Shown in pieces: positions 12,655 through 21,909 of a stretch of 32,000 nt of DNA (position 1 is its first letter; each line of letters begins with the position of its first letter). Under the pieces are notes generated by a model. That model saw only the letters and a list, made by a program, of their open reading frames with translations, searched no databases and was not told the origin of the DNA. The translations under genes were made by a program, and so were the position numbers. The stretch is from Candidatus Woesearchaeota archaeon. Lineage in GTDB: Archaea; Nanobdellota; Nanobdellia; Pacearchaeales; GW2011-AR1. Location: positions 1 to 32,000 of the forward strand of contig CAZCCD010000002.1 in NCBI GenBank assembly GCA_964497435.1. The letters are read 5' to 3'.

Positions 12655-13848
12655 TTATCTTACATCAAATACCAATTCTTCTGGGCCTTTTTTGTATAAT
12701 GTTTCATCTATCATATCTTTGTTAGTTTCTGGATTTAAAGCTCCCTCATTTTTTATTTTTATAGAACGATTTCCTGTAACATAACCAATGTTTTTTGATT
12801 CAATACCATGAATCCTTGCAACATCAATAACTCTTTCAGGATATGGACTTACAATTACCATTCCTTGACCCATATTCCAAGTTCTGTATGCCTCTTCATC
12901 AGATACATTTCCTAATGCTTGAGTATATAACATAAAATCAGAAGGCTTAAAAGGATTATCTATCACTGCACCTAACTCAGAGGGCTTTAATATTCTTCCA
13001 AGTTTTCCAGGAATTCCCCCGCCAGTAATATGTGCAATCCCATGAATTTCTACTTTTGGCTCTCCATCAAATCCTCCAAACATATCAACAACAGCTTTAG
13101 AATAAATCCTAGAAGGAGTCAAAGCTAAACTTCCTAAAGTGTGTAGGCCCGTCTTCCAAGAAATATTGTGCCAGTTTTCTTTTTGGTGATAAGTCATTAC
13201 TCTTCTAACAAGCGATAACCCATTTGATCTAAACCCGTCTTCTTTCAGTCCAACAAGAGCATCTCCTTCTTTAATTTCTCTTCCAGTAAACATTCTATCC
13301 TTCCTAGCAAACCAAACAACTCCAGCTCCCCAATTATAATTAAATGAATCATATCCCCCTACTCTACTGCCTAATTCAGCAACCTCCCCATTAACAATTG
13401 CGACATTAGCGGCTTTGGCTGCTTCGATATATCCTTGAGCTAATTGTCTTACTTGATCAAGAAAAGGATTACCATTTTCATCTGATAAAGATCTAACATC
13501 TAAAATAGAGCCAACTAAAACAGGCTCTGCCCCTCTAACAACAGCATCATCACACACCATTGCAAATAAATCATAAGCAATTGTTCTATGATTTCCAACT
13601 CTTTCTGCTAACTCCATTTTAGTTCCAACACCATCAAATCCAATATTCATCAAAGTTCCATAAGGTAAATTCGAAACATCAATAGCTCTAACTCCAGAGA
13701 AATCGTCAAAAGGAACAATAACCTCTCCTAATCGTCCTTTTCTATTACCCCATGTTTGTTTTGCAGCATTATAAAGGATTTCAGAAACATTATCCCCTAA
13801 ATCAATATTCACTCCAGAATCTGCATAAGTTGTTTGTTTTATGGACAT
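12655..13848 (-). CDS. purM: AIR synthase (PurM)-like protein
   Basis: YADSGVNIDLGD N-terminus, GFDGVGTKMELA and DDAVVRGAEP motifs. 397 aa. Confidence 0.75.
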   Translation of the reverse strand: MSIKQTTYADSGVNIDLGDNVSEILYNAAKQTWGNRKGRLGEVIVPFDDFSGVRAIDVSNLPYGTLMNIGFDGVGTKMELAERVGNHRTIAYDLFAMVCDDAVVRGAEPVLVGSILDVRSLSDENGNPFLDQVRQLAQGYIEAAKAANVAIVNGEVAELGSRVGGYDSFNYNWGAGVVWFARKDRMFTGREIKEGDALVGLKEDGFRSNGLSLVRRVMTYHQKENWHNISWKTGLHTLGSLALTPSRIYSKAVVDMFGGFDGEPKVEIHGIAHITGGGIPGKLGRILKPSELGAVIDNPFKPSDFMLYTQALGNVSDEEAYRTWNMGQGMVIVSPYPERVIDVARIHGIESKNIGYVTGNRSIKIKNEGALNPETNKDMIDETLYKKGPEELVFDVR

Positions 13849-13869
13849 AAAGAGTTAATATAAAAAGGA

Positions 13870-13877
13870 TTTAAATA
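13870..13877 (-). promoter_or_regulatory. TATA-like box for purM
   Basis: TTTAAATA centred about 26 nt upstream of the ATG at 13848. Confidence 0.35.
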
Positions 13878-13915
13878 TTTTTATGTGAAATTTTCATCAA
13901 AGTAAAGTAGCAAGG

Positions 13916-16495
13916 TTAAAGCGTAGCTTGCTTCTCTCCTAACAAAGCCTGACCATACTTTCCATCAAAACCAGGCTTGACTCTTATTTTTCCTTCTCTA
14001 TTTTTCAAAATCAAATCTATTAATTTTGCATCAACGTTATTTTTAATAAAATCAGTTTCAGGAACATTTAATAAAATATTAAACTCATTACCAAAATTTT
14101 GGATTAAAGAATTATATCTTTTCCAAACACTGACAGAATTCATATCGACTCCAAAATGCAAGGCAATTAATTCATGCAAAGGAAGTAATTTATAAAAAGG
14201 TTTTGCATTAATTGGTTTATGTCCTAAAGGAAATTTAGCAATTTTGTCAACCCTATTATCCACACCAATTGTCAACGGTTTTTTGCAAATAGGGCAAAGT
14301 CCATTGAGTTTTTTTGTTTCTTCTGGTGAACAAGAAAAATTACAGTTTCTATGTCCATCATAATGATATTTTCCATATTCAGGAGGAGTTTCTATTGTTG
14401 CCTTTAATCCTTGTCCTGTCCTTATTGCCTTCATAATATTTTCATAACTTAATTCTTTAAGCTCAAATATAGTTGCCTCTCTTCCAATCCTCCACGGCCA
14501 AAAAGAATTATGAACAACCAATTGATTAGCAAGATAATTCTTATAACCAGGAACAGAGATATCATAAAGATAATCAACATCTGACTTAACATTATTAACA
14601 GATTTAACTTCTGCAAGGATAAAATCACCCACTCTCTTCACTTTAGACATCCTAAAAACCTTAAGATTATTAACATATTTATTTAACTTATTTCTTTTAA
14701 TATTATGGTTAAATCCAATTTTCTCCCTAAACTTTCTCAAATTCTCCCCATAGAGAATCAAATTATGACGATATTTCTGCTTTTTCTTCTCTAATAAATT
14801 TAAATAAACTGAACTAAAAATTTCAAACTTTTTTAATAAAGAATCAATTTGATATAATAACAACTTATTAGCTGAACATCCCTTAACACCATGATCATCT
14901 AAAGAACCTTCTGCATCAAAAAATCCTCTTAAAAATCCAGATATTTCATTCAAGGGTGCGGAAAAAATCGAACGAGGTATTCTCCTTATTTTGCTTCTAA
15001 AAACAGACTCTGGAAAGTTTAACTCAAAGAATTTAGCTATTGCAGAAGGAATAACTAAACCGTAAGAATGTTGTTGAGAATACTTAAACAGCCTAGAGCT
15101 ACAAGAAAATAGATTTTTAATTACATCTTGATAATATCTTAAAATATCCTTGTTCTTATCTGTTAAGATTAAACACTTCCCCCTATTTATCTTAGTCATA
15201 CAACCATCTCCAATAAAATATCCCAATAGTTCAAAAAGTTTAATAGAAGAATAATTTGGAAAACTAACCATAGGACCCATATGTTTACAATAATTACCTG
15301 TAAATAAGTTATAATCTAAACTAAGAATTTCAACTATTTTTTTTAATATTTTATCATTAATTTTTACAACTCCTTTCTCAATTTTCCAATAATGGTTTTT
15401 ATCTATTCCTAAAAAATCAGCTAATTGTTTCTGTGTTAATTTCCTTTTATTTCTTTTAGACCTTAAAAAAGAAAGTCCATCTCTGCTTAATGAAAAATAT
15501 ATATTAATATCTGGTTTCTTCATTAATATACTTCCTTCGTCATTATGGGAGATATATGCGGATCTAATTAACAGGTCTCCTTTTTTCAAATGAGAGGCAA
15601 ACTTTTCTATTATAACCCCTTTCTCCCACACATAAAATCTATGTTTATCAGAGACTTTTATCTCACCTCCAGCATATTTGATTTCTTTCAGCATATTTGG
15701 AGATAGTATCTTAGAATACTGAGCTTTAACTCCATTTTTATAAGACATATCTTTAAAATCGGCGTAAGCTACTATACCTTCATCTTTAATTTCAGAGATG
15801 GGAACAGTGTAACCATTCTCCAAGGTAATAAAAGTATCGGGATGCACACAGTGAGCGTCTGAAAAACTAACAACATTAACATTACCTTCTCCAATCTCTC
15901 CTAATCTCCAGGCCATAGAAGGATCAGCGCTCATCCCTGATTCAATTGCATAAATTTTATCTGTCTGATCTTGAAAACACTCTTTTAATGAATCAAATCC
16001 AGAATCACTCCCATATAAACCGAACCAAGGCGTGAATGCATGAGCAGGAATAATTTCAATTTTGTCTTCAATTTCTTTTAAGTCTTTAACTAAATCTCTA
16101 CATGTTATACCAAATATAGGCCTTCCATCATAATCCAATCTTCCTTTGCTTCCAAGATAGCTTGTTATTTTATCTGCGATTTCTCTGTTTGACGCAAAAA
16201 CCAAAAGATGGACAGCCCTTCTCTTTCCTCCTTGAGAAAACATCAAGCTTACTTCTGTCTGCCATAAAAAAGGAAAACCATTGACAGTTCTTAAAATTCC
16301 TTTATCATCTTCTGTCAATTTTTCATCAATTTCTTTCCTATGCAATGGATGCTGAAAATCCCCAACCCCCATCAAACCAAGACCTTTTACTCTCCCCCAT
16401 TTCTCAAGATTATCAATGCTTAAATCCTTAGAAGTTGCCCTTGCATATTTGGAATGAATCTGTAAATCAGCAATAATAAAACTCTCGTTAATCAT
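13916..16495 (-). CDS. PHP-domain endonuclease Q (EndoQ)-like protein interrupted by an intein
   Basis: N-terminus IADLQIHSKYA..GVGDFQHP and IIPAHAFTPW (PHP motifs). C-terminal zinc finger CNFSC..CPICKKPLTIGV. Extein total 411 aa. Start at the ATG at 16495 fits the A/T box at 16516-16526. Confidence 0.7.
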   Translation of the reverse strand: MINESFIIADLQIHSKYARATSKDLSIDNLEKWGRVKGLGLMGVGDFQHPLHRKEIDEKLTEDDKGILRTVNGFPFLWQTEVSLMFSQGGKRRAVHLLVFASNREIADKITSYLGSKGRLDYDGRPIFGITCRDLVKDLKEIEDKIEIIPAHAFTPWFGLYGSDSGFDSLKECFQDQTDKIYAIESGMSADPSMAWRLGEIGEGNVNVVSFSDAHCVHPDTFITLENGYTVPISEIKDEGIVAYADFKDMSYKNGVKAQYSKILSPNMLKEIKYAGGEIKVSDKHRFYVWEKGVIIEKFASHLKKGDLLIRSAYISHNDEGSILMKKPDINIYFSLSRDGLSFLRSKRNKRKLTQKQLADFLGIDKNHYWKIEKGVVKINDKILKKIVEILSLDYNLFTGNYCKHMGPMVSFPNYSSIKLFELLGYFIGDGCMTKINRGKCLILTDKNKDILRYYQDVIKNLFSCSSRLFKYSQQHSYGLVIPSAIAKFFELNFPESVFRSKIRRIPRSIFSAPLNEISGFLRGFFDAEGSLDDHGVKGCSANKLLLYQIDSLLKKFEIFSSVYLNLLEKKKQKYRHNLILYGENLRKFREKIGFNHNIKRNKLNKYVNNLKVFRMSKVKRVGDFILAEVKSVNNVKSDVDYLYDISVPGYKNYLANQLVVHNSFWPWRIGREATIFELKELSYENIMKAIRTGQGLKATIETPPEYGKYHYDGHRNCNFSCSPEETKKLNGLCPICKKPLTIGVDNRVDKIAKFPLGHKPINAKPFYKLLPLHELIALHFGVDMNSVSVWKRYNSLIQNFGNEFNILLNVPETDFIKNNVDAKLIDLILKNREGKIRVKPGFDGKYGQALLGEKQATL
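14507..15850 (-). mobile_element. Intein, 448 aa, with LAGLIDADG homing endonuclease and XRE-type HTH
   Basis: Begins at Cys (..SFSDAH|CVHPDTFITLENG) and ends ..QLVVHN|SFWPW. LAGLIDADG blocks LLGYFIGDGC and GFLRGFFDAEGS. HTH segment LTQKQLADFLGIDKNHYWKIEKG. Confidence 0.85.
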
Positions 16496-16515
16496 AATAA
16501 TCAAGAAATAAAACA

Positions 16516-16526
16516 CTATATAATTA
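16516..16526 (-). promoter_or_regulatory. TATA-like box for the EndoQ-like gene
   Basis: ctatataatta centred 26 nt upstream of the ATG at 16495. Confidence 0.35.
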
Positions 16527-16707
16527 TTTTGATAATATATAAGATGTAATTTTTATAAGATAAATCAAATTTTTATTAACTTTAATTAGATATAACTATT
16601 AAAATAGGAGTCATATTTATGTTATTCATATAATTAGTTGGAGTTAAATTAAATCGTCGTTAAAAATAGTTTTAATATACCTTTAATACAAATCATTTAT
16701 GAAACTT

Positions 16708-19700
16708 TTATTGTCTCAACCTATATAAAATCACAATGACTACTGCTGCTATTAAAACAGCAACAATAGCCCAAAGCCACCAATAGCTTTTTCCTTCTTT
16801 AGTAACTTCCTCTGTTTCACTTACAGCTGCTCCTGTGATTGGAGATCCTGCTTCCTCTTCTTGTTCACTAGAAGGTGTGCTAGCAACAGGATCTGAAGTT
16901 GCAATAATTTTTATATTTGCTTTATTCGTTCCATTTGTAGCAGCTATACTGTTAAGGGTCACAGCAACATCATAAAAGTTATCTCCTGTAACCTCAAATT
17001 TCTTTGTTTCTCCAATAGCAAAAGTAGATGTTTGAGGCGTGCTCGAAACTTTAACAGTAGCTGCTGCTACTGTTACACCAGTAAGCTCAACAAAATGATA
17101 CTCACTATTTAAAGTAAATCTAAGTTTATCATTAACATTTAAATCCCTTGAATATCCTGAATTAAATTGTGACTCACTGACATCGTGTATTGAACCTGCA
17201 GCACCTGCACCTCCATCACTTGAGGAACTAGAAGATGATGAGCTGCTTCCTGAAGAAGGCGCATTTCCAATAACATTTGGTGCAACCCCAGAGAAATGAG
17301 GCACTCTTATGTATATCATATTTGAAGTAGTATTAATATAACAATATTCTGTATTTGTAGTTCCATTGAGATTAGAATCTGTCTTACTACATGTTCTTCC
17401 AGCAGTTGTTAAAAAGTTTCTATAACCTGTTGAATTATAAGACCTATTATTTGAATTTCCTAAATACTGGTCAATATCTGATGTTATATTAGAAGTTGTA
17501 TGGCCTAAAGAAGCGTTCCAAACAACATTCCAGTTCTCGTCGTAAAGGAAAGGTATTGAGACATTCATGCTGCCTGCATCATTGATTACAGAATCAGAAT
17601 AAGGCATCCCAATTACCACATAGTCATAAACTTCTGAAGGAACAAAACTTCCAAATTGCCAGACCTGATTTGCACTACTTCCACCACTTGATGCCTGATC
17701 ATTTATGACACTCTCCATTGGGGGTTGTTTAGCCGAGAACATGTCAAAATTATAGAAAGTTATTGTTGTATTTGATGAAATAAGTTTCATCTCCATATTT
17801 ATCTTTCCGGCAACCAAGGCCTTCAAAGGATTAAATTCTGAATTATTCATAGCTGTTAAAACGCAAGAAGAGCCTGGATTTATTCCATCACAAGTTGAAG
17901 TTGATCTTATGAACCTCATGTTTATTGGAAAAGCAGAGACATTCATTTCTTCAAGCTGTCCAGAAGAATTAACTTTTCTAAATCCTAAATCACCATCTCC
18001 TTCATTCATCTGAATTATAGTTATGTTATTTACGGCTTTGCTTAGATTAATTGTTTTTTCAGTTGGGGGGGCTTGATTAGGGAACAATTTTATCTTTGCT
18101 ATAACATTTCTAGGTATTGGCCAGACAAAACTTCCTTGAGAAATCTGATTATCCTCAATTATATAGTGTAGTTCGCCAAAAGTACTATCATTTCTAAGAT
18201 ACAAATCTACATGGGGGGTATCATCTGTAATTAAACCACCAGTAGAATTCACAAAGTTAATTGTCACTTTTGTTGCATTTACGTCTCCACCAGTGGCATT
18301 ATTATAAGCTCCAGCAAGAGGACCTAAAGTAACATTTTGAGTCGTTGTTGCAGAAAGGCTAACATTTTGTAACATTCCCACGTACTCTGCAACACCATCA
18401 TGAGTTGAATTTGTTGTGTTTTTTGCATAAAACTCTAAAAGATAATTAGAATTCAGCAAGCTTATATTATACCACGCAAATTGGCCATTCATCGTACAAG
18501 GAGGATTAGATTGATTTAATTGTGAAGTCGATGATAAATTAAGCTCTCCTGTATCTTTCATTGGAGGAACAAAACCAGTCCAAGGCATCATTCTTGGGAT
18601 TATTGATGTAACATTTCTTATTGGTGTTAAATTTCCAGAAACTCCGATACATCCTGATAGATAAACTCTTGTAACAGTCAAATTAAGTTGAACATTTAAT
18701 ACCTGACCAGCCACTGTAGGAGTAACTGTTGAATTTGATCTTGGAGGTGCAGGACAGTGCGTCGCATTCATAAACTGACCATTGCATGTTGACCCATTTC
18801 CAAATGAGAATCCGCTAATTCCTGTGAATGGCTCTCTTAAAACCATAATCGTATACTGTCTATTCAATGGAACATAAACTTGCTTAACACTTACATTTGT
18901 CCTAAAATTACTTTCAATTGGAAATCCTGCTTTTTGCTCCATTACTTCATAGCCAAATAACTGCCACCCGCCTGCAGTCGTATTTATTGCACTAATATTA
19001 ATAGTTGCAGCATCTTCAACATAGAAAGTTGTTCCATTAAGTGTTGGGGGTTTCATAAATTCATTCCCTTGAAAGTCATCAAAGTCAAAACTAGGCAATG
19101 GGTAATACATCATTGCAGGGAAAGGAGGTAATATAGTCCCAACTTTAATCACAGAACCACTTGCATTTTCATGTGTTGAATTAGAACCTTGCCTATAATA
19201 CATCTTTAACAAGAACAAGTCTGCAGAGCTATTAATATTTGACAAAGTAAAAGAACCATCATTACCACTTAAAGCACTAGCTACAAAAATCTCTTTTGGC
19301 GGGCCATTTGGTTGCTCAGCAAATTGATAAATAGAAACATTGGCTCCTGTTACATTATGACCTGTTTCATTTTTTATATAACCTGAAAAAGCAAAATTAG
19401 TTGTAGTTGATGATGTTGAGGCATTCCATCCTCCATTATCCCTTGTCACATTAAGGCTTATATTTACATTTTGGCCTTCTACTGAAGTAACATTAAATGC
19501 AAAATTCTTTGTTGTTCCCCATTTGAATCCTCCTGCTGTTAGATTCCACCTTAAACTACTAGAAGTATTAATAAAAGATGACCATGTCGCATTTGTGGAA
19601 TTTGAATTAGAAACAAATGTAACGCCCATAGGCAATGAAAACTCAACTACAGTTACATTAGATGTATCGTCTGATTGCCCTGTTATTGAAAAATTAACTT

Positions 19701-20283
19701 GAGTATTTGCAGATCTATTTATAGAAGTTGGATTTTGAGAAACCGCAAAAGGGGTTATACCATTTATCCTTATACTTATTGTTGTAAAGTTTATGGGAGA
19801 GTGCGAAGAATTTGAGGTTGAAATATTTAAGGTGTATGTTCCGGGGATTGATGTTGTTGCATTAAACCAAAAGTATTGCAATCCATTAGACGCCCAAAGA
19901 TTAACAAGACTATTCATTGATGCATTAGTCCAATTCAAAACAGTGCTGGTAGTCATACTTGAGTTTGATGTGACATTAAATGTATTTGCTACAATAACAG
20001 TGCCATTAGAAGTGCCGTTAGAAGTATCAGTAAAAATAAAACCGACAGGAAGTACAATACTAACTAGCGTTACATTCATCGTACCTGCAACAGTATCTGT
20101 GTTATTTATAGAAATGTTATATGTAAATTCTACATTTTCATTCACTGAAAAAGATGTTCCGCTAACAGGTCCTATTATATGCGCCGCAAAAACAAGATAC
20201 AGAGAAAGAACTAAAATTGCACTTACAAATAAAAATAAACCTATCTTAATCCTACCTCTTTTATCCATCTTCCCTTTTAACAT
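16708..20283 (-). CDS. Large cell-surface (S-layer-like) glycoprotein candidate with a C-terminal TM anchor
   Basis: 1191 aa. N-terminal signal/anchor MDKRGRIKIGLFLFVSAILVLSLYLVFA. Dozens of N-x-S/T sequons, a poly-Ser linker, and C-terminal YWWLWAIVAVLIAAVVIVILYRLRQ. Confidence 0.7.
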   Translation of the reverse strand: MLKGKMDKRGRIKIGLFLFVSAILVLSLYLVFAAHIIGPVSGTSFSVNENVEFTYNISINNTDTVAGTMNVTLVSIVLPVGFIFTDTSNGTSNGTVIVANTFNVTSNSSMTTSTVLNWTNASMNSLVNLWASNGLQYFWFNATTSIPGTYTLNISTSNSSHSPINFTTISIRINGITPFAVSQNPTSINRSANTQVNFSITGQSDDTSNVTVVEFSLPMGVTFVSNSNSTNATWSSFINTSSSLRWNLTAGGFKWGTTKNFAFNVTSVEGQNVNISLNVTRDNGGWNASTSSTTTNFAFSGYIKNETGHNVTGANVSIYQFAEQPNGPPKEIFVASALSGNDGSFTLSNINSSADLFLLKMYYRQGSNSTHENASGSVIKVGTILPPFPAMMYYPLPSFDFDDFQGNEFMKPPTLNGTTFYVEDAATINISAINTTAGGWQLFGYEVMEQKAGFPIESNFRTNVSVKQVYVPLNRQYTIMVLREPFTGISGFSFGNGSTCNGQFMNATHCPAPPRSNSTVTPTVAGQVLNVQLNLTVTRVYLSGCIGVSGNLTPIRNVTSIIPRMMPWTGFVPPMKDTGELNLSSTSQLNQSNPPCTMNGQFAWYNISLLNSNYLLEFYAKNTTNSTHDGVAEYVGMLQNVSLSATTTQNVTLGPLAGAYNNATGGDVNATKVTINFVNSTGGLITDDTPHVDLYLRNDSTFGELHYIIEDNQISQGSFVWPIPRNVIAKIKLFPNQAPPTEKTINLSKAVNNITIIQMNEGDGDLGFRKVNSSGQLEEMNVSAFPINMRFIRSTSTCDGINPGSSCVLTAMNNSEFNPLKALVAGKINMEMKLISSNTTITFYNFDMFSAKQPPMESVINDQASSGGSSANQVWQFGSFVPSEVYDYVVIGMPYSDSVINDAGSMNVSIPFLYDENWNVVWNASLGHTTSNITSDIDQYLGNSNNRSYNSTGYRNFLTTAGRTCSKTDSNLNGTTNTEYCYINTTSNMIYIRVPHFSGVAPNVIGNAPSSGSSSSSSSSSSDGGAGAAGSIHDVSESQFNSGYSRDLNVNDKLRFTLNSEYHFVELTGVTVAAATVKVSSTPQTSTFAIGETKKFEVTGDNFYDVAVTLNSIAATNGTNKANIKIIATSDPVASTPSSEQEEEAGSPITGAAVSETEEVTKEGKSYWWLWAIVAVLIAAVVIVILYRLRQ

Positions 20284-20334
20284 TTAAAGAAGAGGTATTT
20301 ATAAATTTATTCTTCTTGGGTTCTGTTAAATTAA

Positions 20335-20351
20335 AAGGTGATAAACACCTT
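20335..20351 (-). terminator. Possible hairpin terminator after CDS 20472..21050
   Basis: On the minus strand, aaggtg-tttat-cacctt is followed by ttaattt. Confidence 0.25.
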
Positions 20352-20471
20352 CAAAACGAGGATTTACCGACGGTATTTGTGTGTTGTTAGTCATCTAAAA
20401 AAGAGGTGATTACTAAAACTCTAATTTTTAGGGTTTATAGATGCTAAAATCATGAAATTTATCATCACCCG

Positions 20472-21050
20472 TTAGCTTAACGCAACCTCTTCTTGATATT
20501 CTCTATATTCTTTAGACTGCTGAATTCTATATATAATAAAGCCAATAATTCCTATGATTATAGAAATTATACTCCCCCACAAAACAAAGCTATTTAATCT
20601 TCTAGGATTTGGGGGTTTTTCATTTATATCTAAGAATGTTTCATTAGGATTTATTTGTTCATATAAGAGAATTATTTTCACATTGGCCCCAGATGTGACA
20701 TTATTTGATAAGGTTATACCTAATAAAGTTATTTCTAAGTCATAATAACCATCATTTTCGAAATCAAATTTCTTTGATTCAGAAACATTAAAGATAAAAT
20801 TCTCGCCATTAATTCCAATAACAACAAAGCTTGAAGTCAAACCCGCAAGCTCAACAAAATATTCTTCTCCATTTAGTATAAATCTAAATCCATCATATAA
20901 GTTAAGGTCTTTAGAATATCCTAACTTAAGCTGCTCTCCACTAACATTATGTGTAGCTCCAAAAGAACCAAAAGCTAGAAAAGTCTCATTAGCGTAAACA
21001 TTTACAAAAAACAAAATCATTCCAATTATCAAAAAAATTTTATATATCAT
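20472..21050 (-). CDS. Small surface protein paralogous to the C-terminal module of the 1191-aa protein
   Basis: Signal peptide, then LGYSKDLNLYDGFRFILNGEEYFVELAGLT..FDFENDGYYDLEITL..ANVKII. This aligns with SGYSRDLNVNDKLRFTLNSEYHFVELTGVT..FEVTGDNFYDVAVTL..ANIKII. C-terminal TM helix. Confidence 0.65.
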   Translation of the reverse strand: MIYKIFLIIGMILFFVNVYANETFLAFGSFGATHNVSGEQLKLGYSKDLNLYDGFRFILNGEEYFVELAGLTSSFVVIGINGENFIFNVSESKKFDFENDGYYDLEITLLGITLSNNVTSGANVKIILLYEQINPNETFLDINEKPPNPRRLNSFVLWGSIISIIIGIIGFIIYRIQQSKEYREYQEEVALS

Positions 21051-21099
21051 CTCTTTTAAAATATTAAGAAAATAATGTTTATAATACTTACCTGGAAAA

Positions 21100-21108
21100 T
21101 TATATAAA
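21100..21108 (+). promoter_or_regulatory. TATA-like box for ndk
   Basis: ttatataaa centred 26 nt upstream of the ATG at 21130. Confidence 0.35.
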
Positions 21109-21129
21109 CAAAGTTCAACAAGTTAAAAA

Positions 21130-21576
21130 ATGGAAAGAACTCTTGTCTTGATAAAGCCTGATGCAATGGTAAAAAAACTAGCAGGGAATATTATTTCTGA
21201 ATTGTATATCACTGGATTAAAAATGATAGGTTTAAAATTAGTAAATGTAAAAAGAGAGTTGGCAGAAAAACACTACAGAGAACATAAAAACAAGCCTTTT
21301 TTTGAAAAATTAGTCAACCATATAACAGGAAAATTTCACAATAATGAGAGTGTAATTGCAATAGTATATGAAGGTAAAAATGCCGTGAAAAAGATAAGAA
21401 ATGCTGCTGGAGAAACCCATCCAGAAGAAGCTGATTTCAATTCTATTAGAGGAAAATATGGAAGAGTTCACACAAAAACAGATTGTTTTGAAAATGTGAT
21501 TCATGCATCTGACTCTCCAGCAATTGCAGAAAAAGAAATAAAATTATGGTTTAAAGAAAGTGAGATGATAAAATAA
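21130..21576 (+). CDS. ndk: Nucleoside diphosphate kinase
   Basis: ERTLVLIKPDA and NVIHASDS motifs. 148 aa. Confidence 0.9.
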   Translation: MERTLVLIKPDAMVKKLAGNIISELYITGLKMIGLKLVNVKRELAEKHYREHKNKPFFEKLVNHITGKFHNNESVIAIVYEGKNAVKKIRNAAGETHPEEADFNSIRGKYGRVHTKTDCFENVIHASDSPAIAEKEIKLWFKESEMIK

Positions 21577-21593
21577 AAATTTGAGATTGAAAT

Positions 21594-21908
21594 ATGAAAC
21601 GTTATGAGATTATGGTTGTTGGAGGACCGACTATAATTGCTCTAAACTGGGTAGCCGGTTCCTACGTCTTTGTGATGTACCATGAAGAGATAGAGATAGA
21701 ACATTTTAAAAAACTAAAAGATTCTGATTTAGTTATACTAACTGCACTAGAAAACGGAGAAATAACAGCAAAAAATCAATTAATGATGGTTAAAGAAATG
21801 TTTAGGGATTATGTTGGGAGAGATTATTTACCTCGGCCATGGAGTTTAATTAATGTCCACGAAATTAATCATCCAAAAGAGATTAACTGGAACGATATTC
21901 TTGAATAA
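21594..21908 (+). CDS. Hypothetical 104-aa protein
   Basis: ORF immediately downstream of ndk. No family recognised. Confidence 0.4.
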   Translation: MKRYEIMVVGGPTIIALNWVAGSYVFVMYHEEIEIEHFKKLKDSDLVILTALENGEITAKNQLMMVKEMFRDYVGRDYLPRPWSLINVHEINHPKEINWNDILE

Positions 21909-21909
21909 C

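Noticed and set aside
17221-17262. Poly-serine coding stretch as a tandem DNA repeat or slippage hotspot
   Set aside because: The codons are mixed (the minus strand uses several Ser codons), so this is a protein-level linker and not a nucleotide tandem repeat.
16708-20283. Diversity-generating retroelement target in the large surface protein
   Set aside because: No reverse transcriptase ORF and no template/variable repeat pair are visible in the window. The similarity to the neighbouring gene is at protein level only.
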